64,000 nucleotides of DNA from Parcubacteria bacterium DG_74_1 (GTDB lineage: Bacteria > Patescibacteriota > Minisyncoccia > Minisyncoccales > DG-74-1): NCBI GenBank assembly GCA_001303125.1, contig LJNE01000001.1:17737-81736 (forward strand). Reading direction: 5' to 3'. Each line of letters starts with the position of its first letter. Position 1 is the stretch's first letter. The position numbers and the translations under genes are program-made. Positions 35,235 through 43,554 of the stretch are shown in pieces. The notes beneath the pieces are model-generated. The model saw only the letters and a program-made list of their open reading frames with translations. It was not told where the DNA came from and ran no database searches.

Positions 35235-36830
35235 TTAAGGCTCTCCCCTTCTTCGACCTTCCGTATAGGCTACTAATATGTCCCCCTCCTCAATCCTCAC
35301 ATCCCCCTCATATAATATGCCGCACTCTTCTCCTTTCCCTATTTGCTCAATGTCTTTTTTATTTCTCTGAAGATTGATTAATTTCCCTTGACCGAGAAGC
35401 ATTTCTCCCCGAAAAACTTCAGCTTGCGCCCCCTTTCTTACCTCTCCTTCAATTACTTTTCCCCCGACAATCTGGCGACTTTTTTCAGTCAAGAAAACAA
35501 CTAAGGCCTTCAGTTTTCCCAATTCTTCCCTGACCACTTCCGTTTCCGTAATTCTTTCCATAAATTTTCTAATCTCCTCAACCAAATCATAAATTATTTC
35601 AAAACTCATTATTCTGATTTTTTCTCTTTCGGCTAATTGTCTTGCCACCGGGCTAATTTTTACCCGAAAACCTAAGATCACAGCCTGTCCCCTACGGCTC
35701 TGGATGATTCCCCTTAAATCTTGGGCACTCTTTGCCAGCTTGACATCTGATTCGGTTATTTCGCCTGCTTCCGACTTCAAAATTCTTAAAATTAATTTTT
35801 CTTGAGGGAGACCTTTCAAAATCTCTTCAATAGCCTCGATGGAGCCTAAAACATCTGCTTTTAAAATCAGATTTAAAATTCGTCGACCAGAAGAAACCTC
35901 TGCCTCTCTAGTAAGATTTAGTACGGGTGCCTTTTTTTCAATACGAAGCTGCTCTTTAGCGCTTTCAATATCAGAGAATACTCTAAAATTTTCTCCAATT
36001 TTGGGAATCATCTCAAGGCCAACAACAATTGCCGGTTCTGCTGGCAGAATTTTCTCAACGTTTTTCCCCTGAAAATTCTCCAAAATTTTAATTTTTCCTA
36101 CAGCCGTCGGCGTTCCAACAATGTCGCCCACCTTAAGAATCCCTTGGTTTAAGATTAAAGTGACGGTCGGCCCCCTTTGAACATCTAGATAAGATTCAAT
36201 GATTACCCCCTCACCAGGTTTTTGAATATCGGCTCGCAGGTTTTCCATTTCCGCTACTAAGGTAACTAATTCTAAAAGCTCATTAATCCCCTGGCCGGTT
36301 TTAGCTGAAGTTAGAACTTGGGGGATTTTCCCTCCCAAATCCTCAACTAAAATTCCCTCTTTTTGAAGCTCTCTCTTTACTTTCTCCGGCTCAGCATCTG
36401 GTTTGTCAATCTTATTCAAGGCGACAATAAAAGGAACTTGAGCTTCTTTGATATGAGAGATTGCCTCTTTAGTTTGAGGCCTGATCCCTTCGGTGGCATC
36501 AATCACTAAGACGGCAATATCAGCCACCCTCGCTCCTCGTGATCTCATGGCCGAGAACGCCTCGTGCCCAGGGGTATCAATGAAAGTAATTTTTTTACCA
36601 TCCTTTTCAGCCTGATAAGCACCAATATGCTGAGTGATTCCACCGGCTTCTTTTTCGGTAATACTGACTCCCAATTCTTTAATGCTTTGAAGTAGACTTG
36701 ACTTACCATGGTCAATGTGCCCCAGGACTACTACTACCGGCGGCTTCGGCGCCAAGGGTCGCTGAAACTTCGTCTCATTTCCCACCTTGCTTGTCTTTGC
36801 CTTGCTCGATTTTTGAGTTATTTTTTCCAT
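35235..36830 (-). CDS. infB: translation initiation factor IF-2 (short form)
   Basis: G domain [27 protein letters not shown], then domains II-IV. Only ~30 aa precede the G domain. Confidence 0.9.
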   Translation of the reverse strand: MEKITQKSSKAKTSKVGNETKFQRPLAPKPPVVVVLGHIDHGKSSLLQSIKELGVSITEKEAGGITQHIGAYQAEKDGKKITFIDTPGHEAFSAMRSRGARVADIAVLVIDATEGIRPQTKEAISHIKEAQVPFIVALNKIDKPDAEPEKVKRELQKEGILVEDLGGKIPQVLTSAKTGQGINELLELVTLVAEMENLRADIQKPGEGVIIESYLDVQRGPTVTLILNQGILKVGDIVGTPTAVGKIKILENFQGKNVEKILPAEPAIVVGLEMIPKIGENFRVFSDIESAKEQLRIEKKAPVLNLTREAEVSSGRRILNLILKADVLGSIEAIEEILKGLPQEKLILRILKSEAGEITESDVKLAKSAQDLRGIIQSRRGQAVILGFRVKISPVARQLAEREKIRIMSFEIIYDLVEEIRKFMERITETEVVREELGKLKALVVFLTEKSRQIVGGKVIEGEVRKGAQAEVFRGEMLLGQGKLINLQRNKKDIEQIGKGEECGILYEGDVRIEEGDILVAYTEGRRRGEP

Positions 36831-37191
36831 ATTGCTTTTGGGCTATTTCTATGGCCTTTTTTTCTTCTTCTGATAATAAATACTCTGAACGACCATCTTT
36901 TATTGGCTTTCCATAAACCCTATTTTCCTCTCTGTTATATAAGCTGGTAATTACTATTCCAGAGTTGTTGCCATCTAAAATGGCGACTGAAAAGCTCTGG
37001 TCGCCGCCAATCCCTCCAAAGGGGTTAAACCTAACCATGCCGATTTTCTGCATATTGAAATTATTTTTCTTTCTTAAACTTTCTAATTCAGCGGAGATCC
37101 TTTCAAAATTTTCTTTTAAATCATTTAATTGACTTAAAGCCTCTTTTAGGTTTTCTGGTTCCTTTTTTTGTTTTTTGAAAAAGTTAATCAT
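36775..37191 (-). CDS. DUF4446-like protein
   Basis: Start at MINFFKK (ATG 37191), 2 nt after the tRNA-Ser 3' end. A coiled coil is followed by VRFNPFGGIGGDQSFSVAILD...VITSLYNREENRVYGKP. The family name is recalled from memory. Confidence 0.65.
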   Translation of the reverse strand: MINFFKKQKKEPENLKEALSQLNDLKENFERISAELESLRKKNNFNMQKIGMVRFNPFGGIGGDQSFSVAILDGNNSGIVITSLYNREENRVYGKPIKDGRSEYLLSEEEKKAIEIAQKQYGKNNSKIEQGKDKQGGK

Positions 37192-37193
37192 AG

Positions 37194-37276
37194 CGGAGGA
37201 GGTGGGACTCGAACCCACAAGTCCTTGTGGACACCGCGTTTCGAGTGCGGCGGAATACCGATTATCCGACTCCTCC
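37194..37276 (-). tRNA. tRNA-Ser(CGA)
   Basis: Class II. Acceptor GGAGGAG/CTCCTCC, anticodon loop CTCGAAA (A31-C39 mismatch), variable arm GTCCACAAGGAC. Confidence 0.85.
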
Positions 37277-37282
37277 TTCTAT

Positions 37283-38266
37283 TTAAGCTGTCGTTATTTT
37301 AATTAAATTTTTAACTGTTTTCGTAGGCGGAACCTTTTTGTAAATTACTTTATAAATCTCATTAATCATTGGTAGGTCCACTTTATATTTTCTGCCTAAC
37401 TTATATAAGGCCCAGGTATTATTGAAGCCCTCGACCGTAATTTTTCCTTCTCGGATGTCTTGTCTCATCTTATCAGCATCTAGATAAATACTTTTGCCAA
37501 ACTGGAAATTTCGGGATAAGGGGTCACTCGAGGTCAAAACTAAATCACCAAAACCTGCTGGCCCTAAAAATGTTTTCTCTTTTGCCCCTATTGCTTTCCC
37601 AAGCTCTATCATTTCTTTTAAGCCGGACTTAATTAATTCTGGTCGATTTTGTTTATTGTCCAGGCCCAGGTTTGCTACTTCAGTTAGACTAATGCCAATA
37701 GCCAAAGAATTTTTTACAGCACCGGCTAACTGAACTCCGATTAAATCAGTAGTAGTTAAAATCTGGAAAGCTTTAATTCGAAAAAGTTCTTTTATTTTCT
37801 TTAATAATAATCTATTCTCTGAGGCAATTACTTCTTCTGCCGGCTTCCCCCTGATGATTTGTCTAGCGAATCCCGGACCGGACAAGTGGGCGTAAGGAAT
37901 CTTCCCTAAAATTTCTTCGATAACTTGAGAGGGCAGCTTCAGTGTTTCTTTCTCTATCCCTTTGGCAATTCCCAAGAGAGGCGGCAAGTTTTTGAATTCT
38001 TTCAGTTTCAGCAAAGTTCTTCGTAAATTAAAAGAGGGAGAGGCAATAATAATTAATTCAGCAGCTTGAATTGTCTTTACTAGATCAGGGGAAATAAGAA
38101 TTTTTTGAGGAATTTTAATTTCTGGTAATTTTTCATTGTTTCGGGATCTATTGATTTTCAAAGCCAGTTTTCTATTTTCATACCAAAACTTAACCTTATT
38201 TCTTCTGCTTAAAATAATCCCCAAAGCAGTTCCCCAGGCTCCCGGCTCTAAAATTGCAACTCTCAT
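37283..38266 (-). CDS. gpsA: NAD(P)H-dependent glycerol-3-phosphate dehydrogenase
   Basis: Start at MRVAILEPGAWGTALG (ATG 38266), 8 nt after tRNA-Ala. GVQLAGAVKN and GDLVLT motifs are present. The first Gly of the usual GxGxxG is Glu here. Confidence 0.85.
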   Translation of the reverse strand: MRVAILEPGAWGTALGIILSRRNKVKFWYENRKLALKINRSRNNEKLPEIKIPQKILISPDLVKTIQAAELIIIASPSFNLRRTLLKLKEFKNLPPLLGIAKGIEKETLKLPSQVIEEILGKIPYAHLSGPGFARQIIRGKPAEEVIASENRLLLKKIKELFRIKAFQILTTTDLIGVQLAGAVKNSLAIGISLTEVANLGLDNKQNRPELIKSGLKEMIELGKAIGAKEKTFLGPAGFGDLVLTSSDPLSRNFQFGKSIYLDADKMRQDIREGKITVEGFNNTWALYKLGRKYKVDLPMINEIYKVIYKKVPPTKTVKNLIKITTA

Positions 38267-38274
38267 ATATCTTG

Positions 38275-38348
38275 TGGACCCGATGGGGCTTGAACCCACA
38301 ACCTCCTCAATGCCATTGAGGCGCGCTAGCCAATTGCGCCACGGGCCC
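38275..38348 (-). tRNA. tRNA-Ala(GGC)
   Basis: Acceptor GGGCCCG/CGGGTCC with the G3-U70 identity pair. Anticodon loop ATGGCAT. Confidence 0.9.
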
Positions 38349-38547
38349 AGTGGTAATAAAAAATTTCTCGCTCGTCTCTCCTAGCACTTCGTGCCAATGC
38401 TCGGCTTCACCTCGCTTCAGCTCGCTCTTTAGAAGACCTCGGTTCTAACGCCCCTTGGGCTGTTTTCTTAGACAGAGAAACCGTAGGGTTTCCCCGGCCC
38501 CCTTCCGATTTGGGGTCTCTGTAAAAATAATTTCGCTTACAAGTTTG

Positions 38548-38619
38548 TGCCCCTGATAGGAATTGAACCTATATCCAGAGCTTAGGAGTCTCTTGTTCTA
38601 TCCATTGAACTACAGGGGC
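38548..38619 (-). tRNA. tRNA-Arg(CCU)
   Basis: Acceptor GCCCCTG/CAGGGGC, anticodon loop CTCCTAA. Its backbone is close to that of tRNA-Arg(UCU) at 41798-41872. Confidence 0.85.
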
Positions 38620-38676
38620 AATATAAAAAATTTCTAATTTTCAATTTCAATGTTGTTAATATAGCAAAAATATTGC

Positions 38677-38705
38677 TTGCTGGCAACAATCTCTAATGGT
38701 AGAAT
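38677..38705 (+). promoter_or_regulatory. promoter with extended -10 abutting the HtrA-family protease start codon
   Basis: TTGCTG (38677-38682), 17 nt, TGG-TAGAAT (38697-38705), 6 nt, then ATG 38712. An in-frame TAG at 38700 excludes an upstream start. Confidence 0.5.
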
Positions 38706-38711
38706 ATACTA

Positions 38712-39755
38712 ATGCTGGAGAAATCACCCATTATCGAAGTGGCAAAAAAAGCTTGCCCAGCTGTCATTACCATTGTCATCTCAAAAGATCTGCCAAAAGT
38801 TGAGGGCTTTTATTTTTTTCCTTACGGCCCAGGTCAAAAATTTATTTTCCCCAAATTAAAAAAGGGCAGAGAAAAAACTAAGATTGGCGGTGGTTCAGGT
38901 TTTATTGTTTCAAGCGAGGGCTATGTCGTTACTTGCAGCCATGTGGTTGGCGACCCAGAAGCAGAATATGCTGTTATTCTAGACCCCAAGCGCAAATATC
39001 CAGCCAAGATCTTGGCTAAAGATCCTCTAGTTGATTTAGCTGTTTTAAAAATCAACGATAAAAGTTTGCCTTCTCTGGAATTGGCAGATTCTGACAGGAT
39101 TGAGCTCGGAGAAACAGTGGTCGCTATCGGCAATCCTTTAGGAGAATTTGATGACACCTTATCATCAGGAATCGTTTCTGGTTTATCAAGAAAAATTACT
39201 GCCTATAGCGGCTTACCCTTAAAGGCAACCAGCTTAAGAGGACTAATCCAGACAGATGCCGCTATTAATCCGGGTAATTCCGGGGGTCCCCTAGTTAATA
39301 TGGATGGAATGGTAATCGGGGTCAATACGGCCCAGGTCTTAGGGGCTCAAAATATTGGCTTTGCTATACCGATAAATTATGCCAGAAATATTTTGGAAGA
39401 AGTAAGGAAATATGGAAAAATCAAGAGACCATTCTTAGGGGTAAGATATGTGATTTTGAATCCAGAAATTGCCAAAGCCAACAAGCTTCCAGTAGATTAT
39501 GGAGCTTTAATTGTCAGAGAAAGTCTAGGAGAAAGCGCCATAGTAAAAGGGTCAGCGGCCGCCAAGGGCGGGTTGAAAGAATACGATATCATTCTGGAAA
39601 GTAATGGAGAAAAGATTACTGAAGAAAGCCCCTTGGCTGATTTTTTAGCTAAACAGAGAATCGGCGGCGAAATCAATTTCAAGGTTCTACGAGAAGGAAA
39701 AGAAATAAATCTAAAAGTAAAACTAGAAGAGAAAAAATCAAAGACAACCTTCTAA
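38712..39755 (+). CDS. HtrA/DegP-family serine protease with one PDZ domain, no N-terminal signal or anchor
   Basis: Trypsin-like core (TCSHVV, DLAVLK, GNSGGPL) plus a C-terminal PDZ domain. The protein starts directly at the conserved region. Confidence 0.85.
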   Translation: MLEKSPIIEVAKKACPAVITIVISKDLPKVEGFYFFPYGPGQKFIFPKLKKGREKTKIGGGSGFIVSSEGYVVTCSHVVGDPEAEYAVILDPKRKYPAKILAKDPLVDLAVLKINDKSLPSLELADSDRIELGETVVAIGNPLGEFDDTLSSGIVSGLSRKITAYSGLPLKATSLRGLIQTDAAINPGNSGGPLVNMDGMVIGVNTAQVLGAQNIGFAIPINYARNILEEVRKYGKIKRPFLGVRYVILNPEIAKANKLPVDYGALIVRESLGESAIVKGSAAAKGGLKEYDIILESNGEKITEESPLADFLAKQRIGGEINFKVLREGKEINLKVKLEEKKSKTTF

Positions 39756-39819
39756 GCTGTTTTTTACTTAAATCAAGCCGTCTGGTGAACGATAGAATCT
39801 ATTTGGCTTCAATTATAAA

Positions 39820-41079
39820 CTACTCAGAATAAGAGAAATTTAAAGCATCCCTGGTATAAAAATTAGTAGGACTCCACAAAATATAACCTTTGAAGTTATC
39901 TCCGGCTGCATCTTGGACTGCCCGGATCTCAGCCTTTACCATGTCAGCATCGTAATCAGCGCCCAAATCAAAATCTTGAAGCCAAGGACGCAACCGAGGA
40001 TCAAGCCCTTCCTCCTTTTTTTTAAACTCTTCCAATCTTAATAAAGCTTGCTCAGTAGAATATTTCACTACTTCATAAGGATGCTCCGCAGGATTTTCAT
40101 AACCTTCAAAACCGTCGGCATAATGAGAAGGATAAAGCATAGGACAAATATAGTTAAAATATTGAAAGGCATCTTCAATTATCTGCCCCACGCCGAAGTC
40201 TTCTTTCTTTACCGTTGCCAAACCAAAAAGATCAACTGACAAATTTGCTTCGGGAAGTTCTTCTCGAATATATTTCCAAAATTCTTTAATAACTAAAGGT
40301 CTAGCGACTTCTTCATCCCAAATTGGGTAAACTATGCTTCTTAGGTCACCATCGGTGGGAAAACGAATGTAGTCAAAGTTTACCTCGTTAAAGCCGAGCT
40401 CAAGAGCTTCTTTGGCAACAGAGATATTGTAATCCCACGCTTCTCTTGCCGAAGGGTCAATCCAGGCTAAGCCCGATTTATCCAACCACAATGTTTGAGC
40501 AGTGAAATTTTTTAAAGCGCTGGAGGCCAATTTAGTCCCACTATGGATCGCTAAGTCAGGTCTTGCTCTGGCTAAAATTGGGTCCTGAAAAACTACAATC
40601 CTGGCAATAGTATAGATGTTCTCTTTTCGCAGTCTCTTAATTAAGGCCTTGATATCTCTGATCCTTATTTGTTCAGATTTGTACTCTTTAGCTTTATCTA
40701 GGGACGAATCGTACCCCAAATAACCTGAAAAATCCTTAATGTCAATGACTACTGAATTGATTTCTGTTGTACTAGCAATATCAATCAAATAATTTATAAA
40801 ACTTTCTTGGCTAGCCGACCAGCTGGTTAAATAAATGGCTTTTACTATTTCTGGGGGAACGAAAAGATTTCCCTTTTCAAATTCTTCAGCCGCTTCGAAT
40901 TCTTCAACCGTGGTTGTGGAATAACTAATATCAGTATTGCTTAAATCATCCTTAATAATTGTTTCGTTATAAACAACGATTTCATTTGAAGAATTGAGTA
41001 AATTAAAAAATATAATGGTTAAAGTAGAAGGAATCAAAACTAAGAGAATTGCAATGTAGATCTTTAAAAAACTTCTCAT
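39820..41079 (-). CDS. putative glycoside-hydrolase-like TIM-barrel protein (DUF4015-type), membrane anchored
   Basis: N-terminal TM. VKAIYLTSWSA, NSVVIDIKDFSGYL, IARIVVFQD, FNEVNFDYIRFP are present. The family name is recalled from memory. Confidence 0.6.
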   Translation of the reverse strand: MRSFLKIYIAILLVLIPSTLTIIFFNLLNSSNEIVVYNETIIKDDLSNTDISYSTTTVEEFEAAEEFEKGNLFVPPEIVKAIYLTSWSASQESFINYLIDIASTTEINSVVIDIKDFSGYLGYDSSLDKAKEYKSEQIRIRDIKALIKRLRKENIYTIARIVVFQDPILARARPDLAIHSGTKLASSALKNFTAQTLWLDKSGLAWIDPSAREAWDYNISVAKEALELGFNEVNFDYIRFPTDGDLRSIVYPIWDEEVARPLVIKEFWKYIREELPEANLSVDLFGLATVKKEDFGVGQIIEDAFQYFNYICPMLYPSHYADGFEGYENPAEHPYEVVKYSTEQALLRLEEFKKKEEGLDPRLRPWLQDFDLGADYDADMVKAEIRAVQDAAGDNFKGYILWSPTNFYTRDALNFSYSE

Positions 41080-41169
41080 GACTTTATTTTTAGTTGAGTA
41101 AAAAACTTCTAATCTTATTTACAGTTAGCGTATTTTTTACTAAGCTTAGCTTCGTTTCCCTATTCTACC

Positions 41170-41198
41170 AAAAAACCGCCTTCCTGCGAAAGCGGCGG
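41170..41198 (-). terminator. intrinsic terminator after the Nudix gene
   Basis: Minus-sense CCGCC-GCtttcGC-aggaa-GGCGG followed by TTTTTT. Confidence 0.55.
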
Positions 41199-41227
41199 GT
41201 CCCCTCATGGATGATATTAGAAGCTGT

Positions 41228-41632
41228 CTACGTTAAAAATGGCTTTAAATTAGGCAATGCTTCACGCATATTCGGAACCAAATGACTAGATTTCTTCAAT
41301 TTCTCTAATTCATCAAAGGAATACCATTTAAATTCGTTAATCTTGTCGGGCTCAACAACCCTTGGCTCGCCCTTTATTGTTTTACAAAAATACATATGAA
41401 CAGAAAAGTCACCCTCTGGAGAAAGAGTGTCGTATATACCAAAAAAATCTGTTGGCTCAACCACTATATCAAGCTCTTCTTTTATCTCTCTAGCAACAGA
41501 TTCCTCCCAATTTTCATTTTCTTTCTTTTTACCACCAGGGGGTTCAATTCTTAAAGTATTATGTTTTATGTTGTGAACTAAAAGTAATTTTTTGTCCTTA
41601 ATAATTAAACCAGCTACCATATCTTTTTTCAT
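41228..41632 (-). CDS. Nudix hydrolase
   Basis: Start preferred at MKKDMVAGLII (ATG 41632). Nudix box GGKKKENENWEESVAREIKEELDI. Confidence 0.8.
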   Translation of the reverse strand: MKKDMVAGLIIKDKKLLLVHNIKHNTLRIEPPGGKKKENENWEESVAREIKEELDIVVEPTDFFGIYDTLSPEGDFSVHMYFCKTIKGEPRVVEPDKINEFKWYSFDELEKLKKSSHLVPNMREALPNLKPFLT

Positions 41633-41724
41633 ATATTTTATGGTACCAAAAAACCGCCCATAAGGCGACAATCGGTTCTAACTGCCTAAGAGGGGCAGCG
41701 AAATTTGGATTCAATTTTAGTCAG

Positions 41725-41796
41725 GGTGGCTAAGCAGATTCGAACTGCCACTGAGAGTTCCACAAACTCTAGTGCTACCATTACACCATAGCCACC
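41725..41796 (-). tRNA. tRNA-His(GUG)
   Basis: Encoded G-1 opposite C73, acceptor GTGGCTA/TAGCCAC, anticodon loop TTGTGGA. Confidence 0.85.
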
Positions 41797-41797
41797 A

Positions 41798-41872
41798 TGG
41801 TGCCCCTGCGAGGAATCGAACCTCGATCTAGAACTTAGAAGGTTCCTATTCTATCCGTTGAACTACAGGGGC
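41798..41872 (-). tRNA. tRNA-Arg(UCU), CCA encoded
   Basis: Acceptor GCCCCTG/CAGGGGC, anticodon loop CTTCTAA, terminal ACCA. It lies 1 nt from the tRNA-His 5' end. Confidence 0.85.
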
Positions 41873-41950
41873 ATAAAAATCTGCGAGAACATTAAGTAAG
41901 CTATTCTAGCTAAAATTATCTTATTGGTCAACGCCAAGAGGAATAGAAGG

Positions 41951-42376
41951 TCACTCTAAATCAATTCCTTCCTGCCCAACCTCAGAAGAATTAGAAGATC
42001 CTTCTAAAGCATTTTCTTCAGATTCGTTAATCTCGGTAGAGTCGGACTGTTCTCCTGGAATAACTTCTTCGAATTGGTTGACCCTGAAAAGGTTGGAATA
42101 TTCTTTTGAGTCAGCTTCTTCAAATTTTTTCTCTCTTTCTTGCCAGGTTCTAGAGATGTTTTGGTAGGTTTTTTCCTGAAAATGAAATGGCTCTTTAATA
42201 GCTTGCGTCTCCTCTCTTTTGGCCAAGATATTATATTGGTAATAAATAATTGCACCAAAAATCAGGGCTATAACTAATAATCCCAAAAAAATTAAAAAAG
42301 CCCTTTCTCCCAAATTTAAAAGTAATCTCTTCAGAAATCCTTCGGTTTTTCTTATTTTAATCCTTGGAAGATTCAT
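41951..42376 (-). CDS. small single-pass membrane protein ending T4P-like locus 2 (function unknown)
   Basis: 141 aa with one TM (FLIFLGLLVIALIFGAIIY) and an acidic C-terminus. It holds the same position after pilO as the 89-aa protein of locus 1. Confidence 0.45.
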   Translation of the reverse strand: MNLPRIKIRKTEGFLKRLLLNLGERAFLIFLGLLVIALIFGAIIYYQYNILAKREETQAIKEPFHFQEKTYQNISRTWQEREKKFEEADSKEYSNLFRVNQFEEVIPGEQSDSTEINESEENALEGSSNSSEVGQEGIDLE

Positions 42377-42951
42377 TATTTACTATAGACTTTTATTGAA
42401 ATGACGGCCTTGGTGTCATCCAGAGAAAATTGCTTAAATTCCGAAGTTCTTAGGTTGACGTCAGTTAATCTCGTAATGCTCAAGTTTTGAATTTCAATTA
42501 AATAAGGCCCCGATTCCAATTTTTCTAAAAAATTAGAAACGCTGGAGAAGGAACCAATCAAACTAAGATTAAACGGGACACAGGGCCAGGGATCTCCTTC
42601 GTTTTTAACGGGATCGCTAAATGATTTTTCGAATGATTTGTCACGATAAAACCCAGCGTCTTCAGCGGTCTCTTCTAGAAAACTGATAAAATCAATCGGC
42701 ATTCGTGGATCATCAATAAAAAGACGGTTTATTTTCTCCAAGTTGGGTGAAATTTCCGGCCAGGTTTTTTTAAATTCTTGCAAATTCTCAAGTTCTTTTT
42801 CTAAAACTGCTAGGTTTTGTTTTTTAAGGGGGAAATTATAAGAATTTCTCTTAATTTCCAAAAAAAAGGGAGAAATAATAAAAACAGTTAATAAGATGAT
42901 CAGTGCTAGCAATACTGTCGCAGCAATATAAATTTTTCTCTTAAGTAACAT
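42376..42951 (-). CDS. PilO-like protein (locus 2)
   Basis: One TM, a coiled coil and C-terminal FNLSLIGSFSSVSNFLEKLESGPYLIEIQNLSI, comparable to PilO of locus 1. Confidence 0.6.
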   Translation of the reverse strand: MLLKRKIYIAATVLLALIILLTVFIISPFFLEIKRNSYNFPLKKQNLAVLEKELENLQEFKKTWPEISPNLEKINRLFIDDPRMPIDFISFLEETAEDAGFYRDKSFEKSFSDPVKNEGDPWPCVPFNLSLIGSFSSVSNFLEKLESGPYLIEIQNLSITRLTDVNLRTSEFKQFSLDDTKAVISIKVYSK

Positions 42952-43011
42952 ATTGAATATAATTCATAATTGTGACTATTACTTGTAGGGGTAATAAATA
43001 CTGAGATATAG

Positions 43012-43554
43012 TCATCGCTGTGGTTGCTCTATTTTGAAATTAACCGAAAATTTGATATCAGTGAGGTAAACCCAGCTAGCAGGTGGGAATTTAATTTCTT
43101 TAAAACCCTCGGTTCTTTCCAAATTTTCCTTAAATTGAACTAAGGTTTCTCGGGTAGGGGAAAAACCGTCTAAGGAAACTTGAGAAACTTGTGGATTAAA
43201 ATTAAGGTTTGTTAAATAAATTTCTTCAGGCAGGGTCCAGTAAATTTTCTCTAAAGTCAAAGTTAAATCGGGCTGACCCTGATAAAAAACTTCTAATTTA
43301 GAAAGGATTGAATTATTTTCTTTAATTTTTGCCTCCAGCTCCTGCATCTCCGGATTCTCTAGTTCCTTTTGTTTTTGCTTAATATAAATTTCTTGAGCGT
43401 CTAAATCGACCAGAAGAGAGGTTTTTATTGAAAATAAAATCAAGATTAAAGAAACTAAGAAAGCTAAAATAACTATTCCTAGGGCCAAGACTAGCTTAAA
43501 ATTCTTTTCTTGCTCCAATTCTTCTTTTTGCTCAGATGGTAATAAATTAATCAT
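43012..43554 (-). CDS. PilN-like protein (locus 2)
   Basis: Starts MINLLPSEQKEE (the INLLP motif typical of PilN), followed by one TM. Confidence 0.7.
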   Translation of the reverse strand: MINLLPSEQKEELEQEKNFKLVLALGIVILAFLVSLILILFSIKTSLLVDLDAQEIYIKQKQKELENPEMQELEAKIKENNSILSKLEVFYQGQPDLTLTLEKIYWTLPEEIYLTNLNFNPQVSQVSLDGFSPTRETLVQFKENLERTEGFKEIKFPPASWVYLTDIKFSVNFKIEQPQR

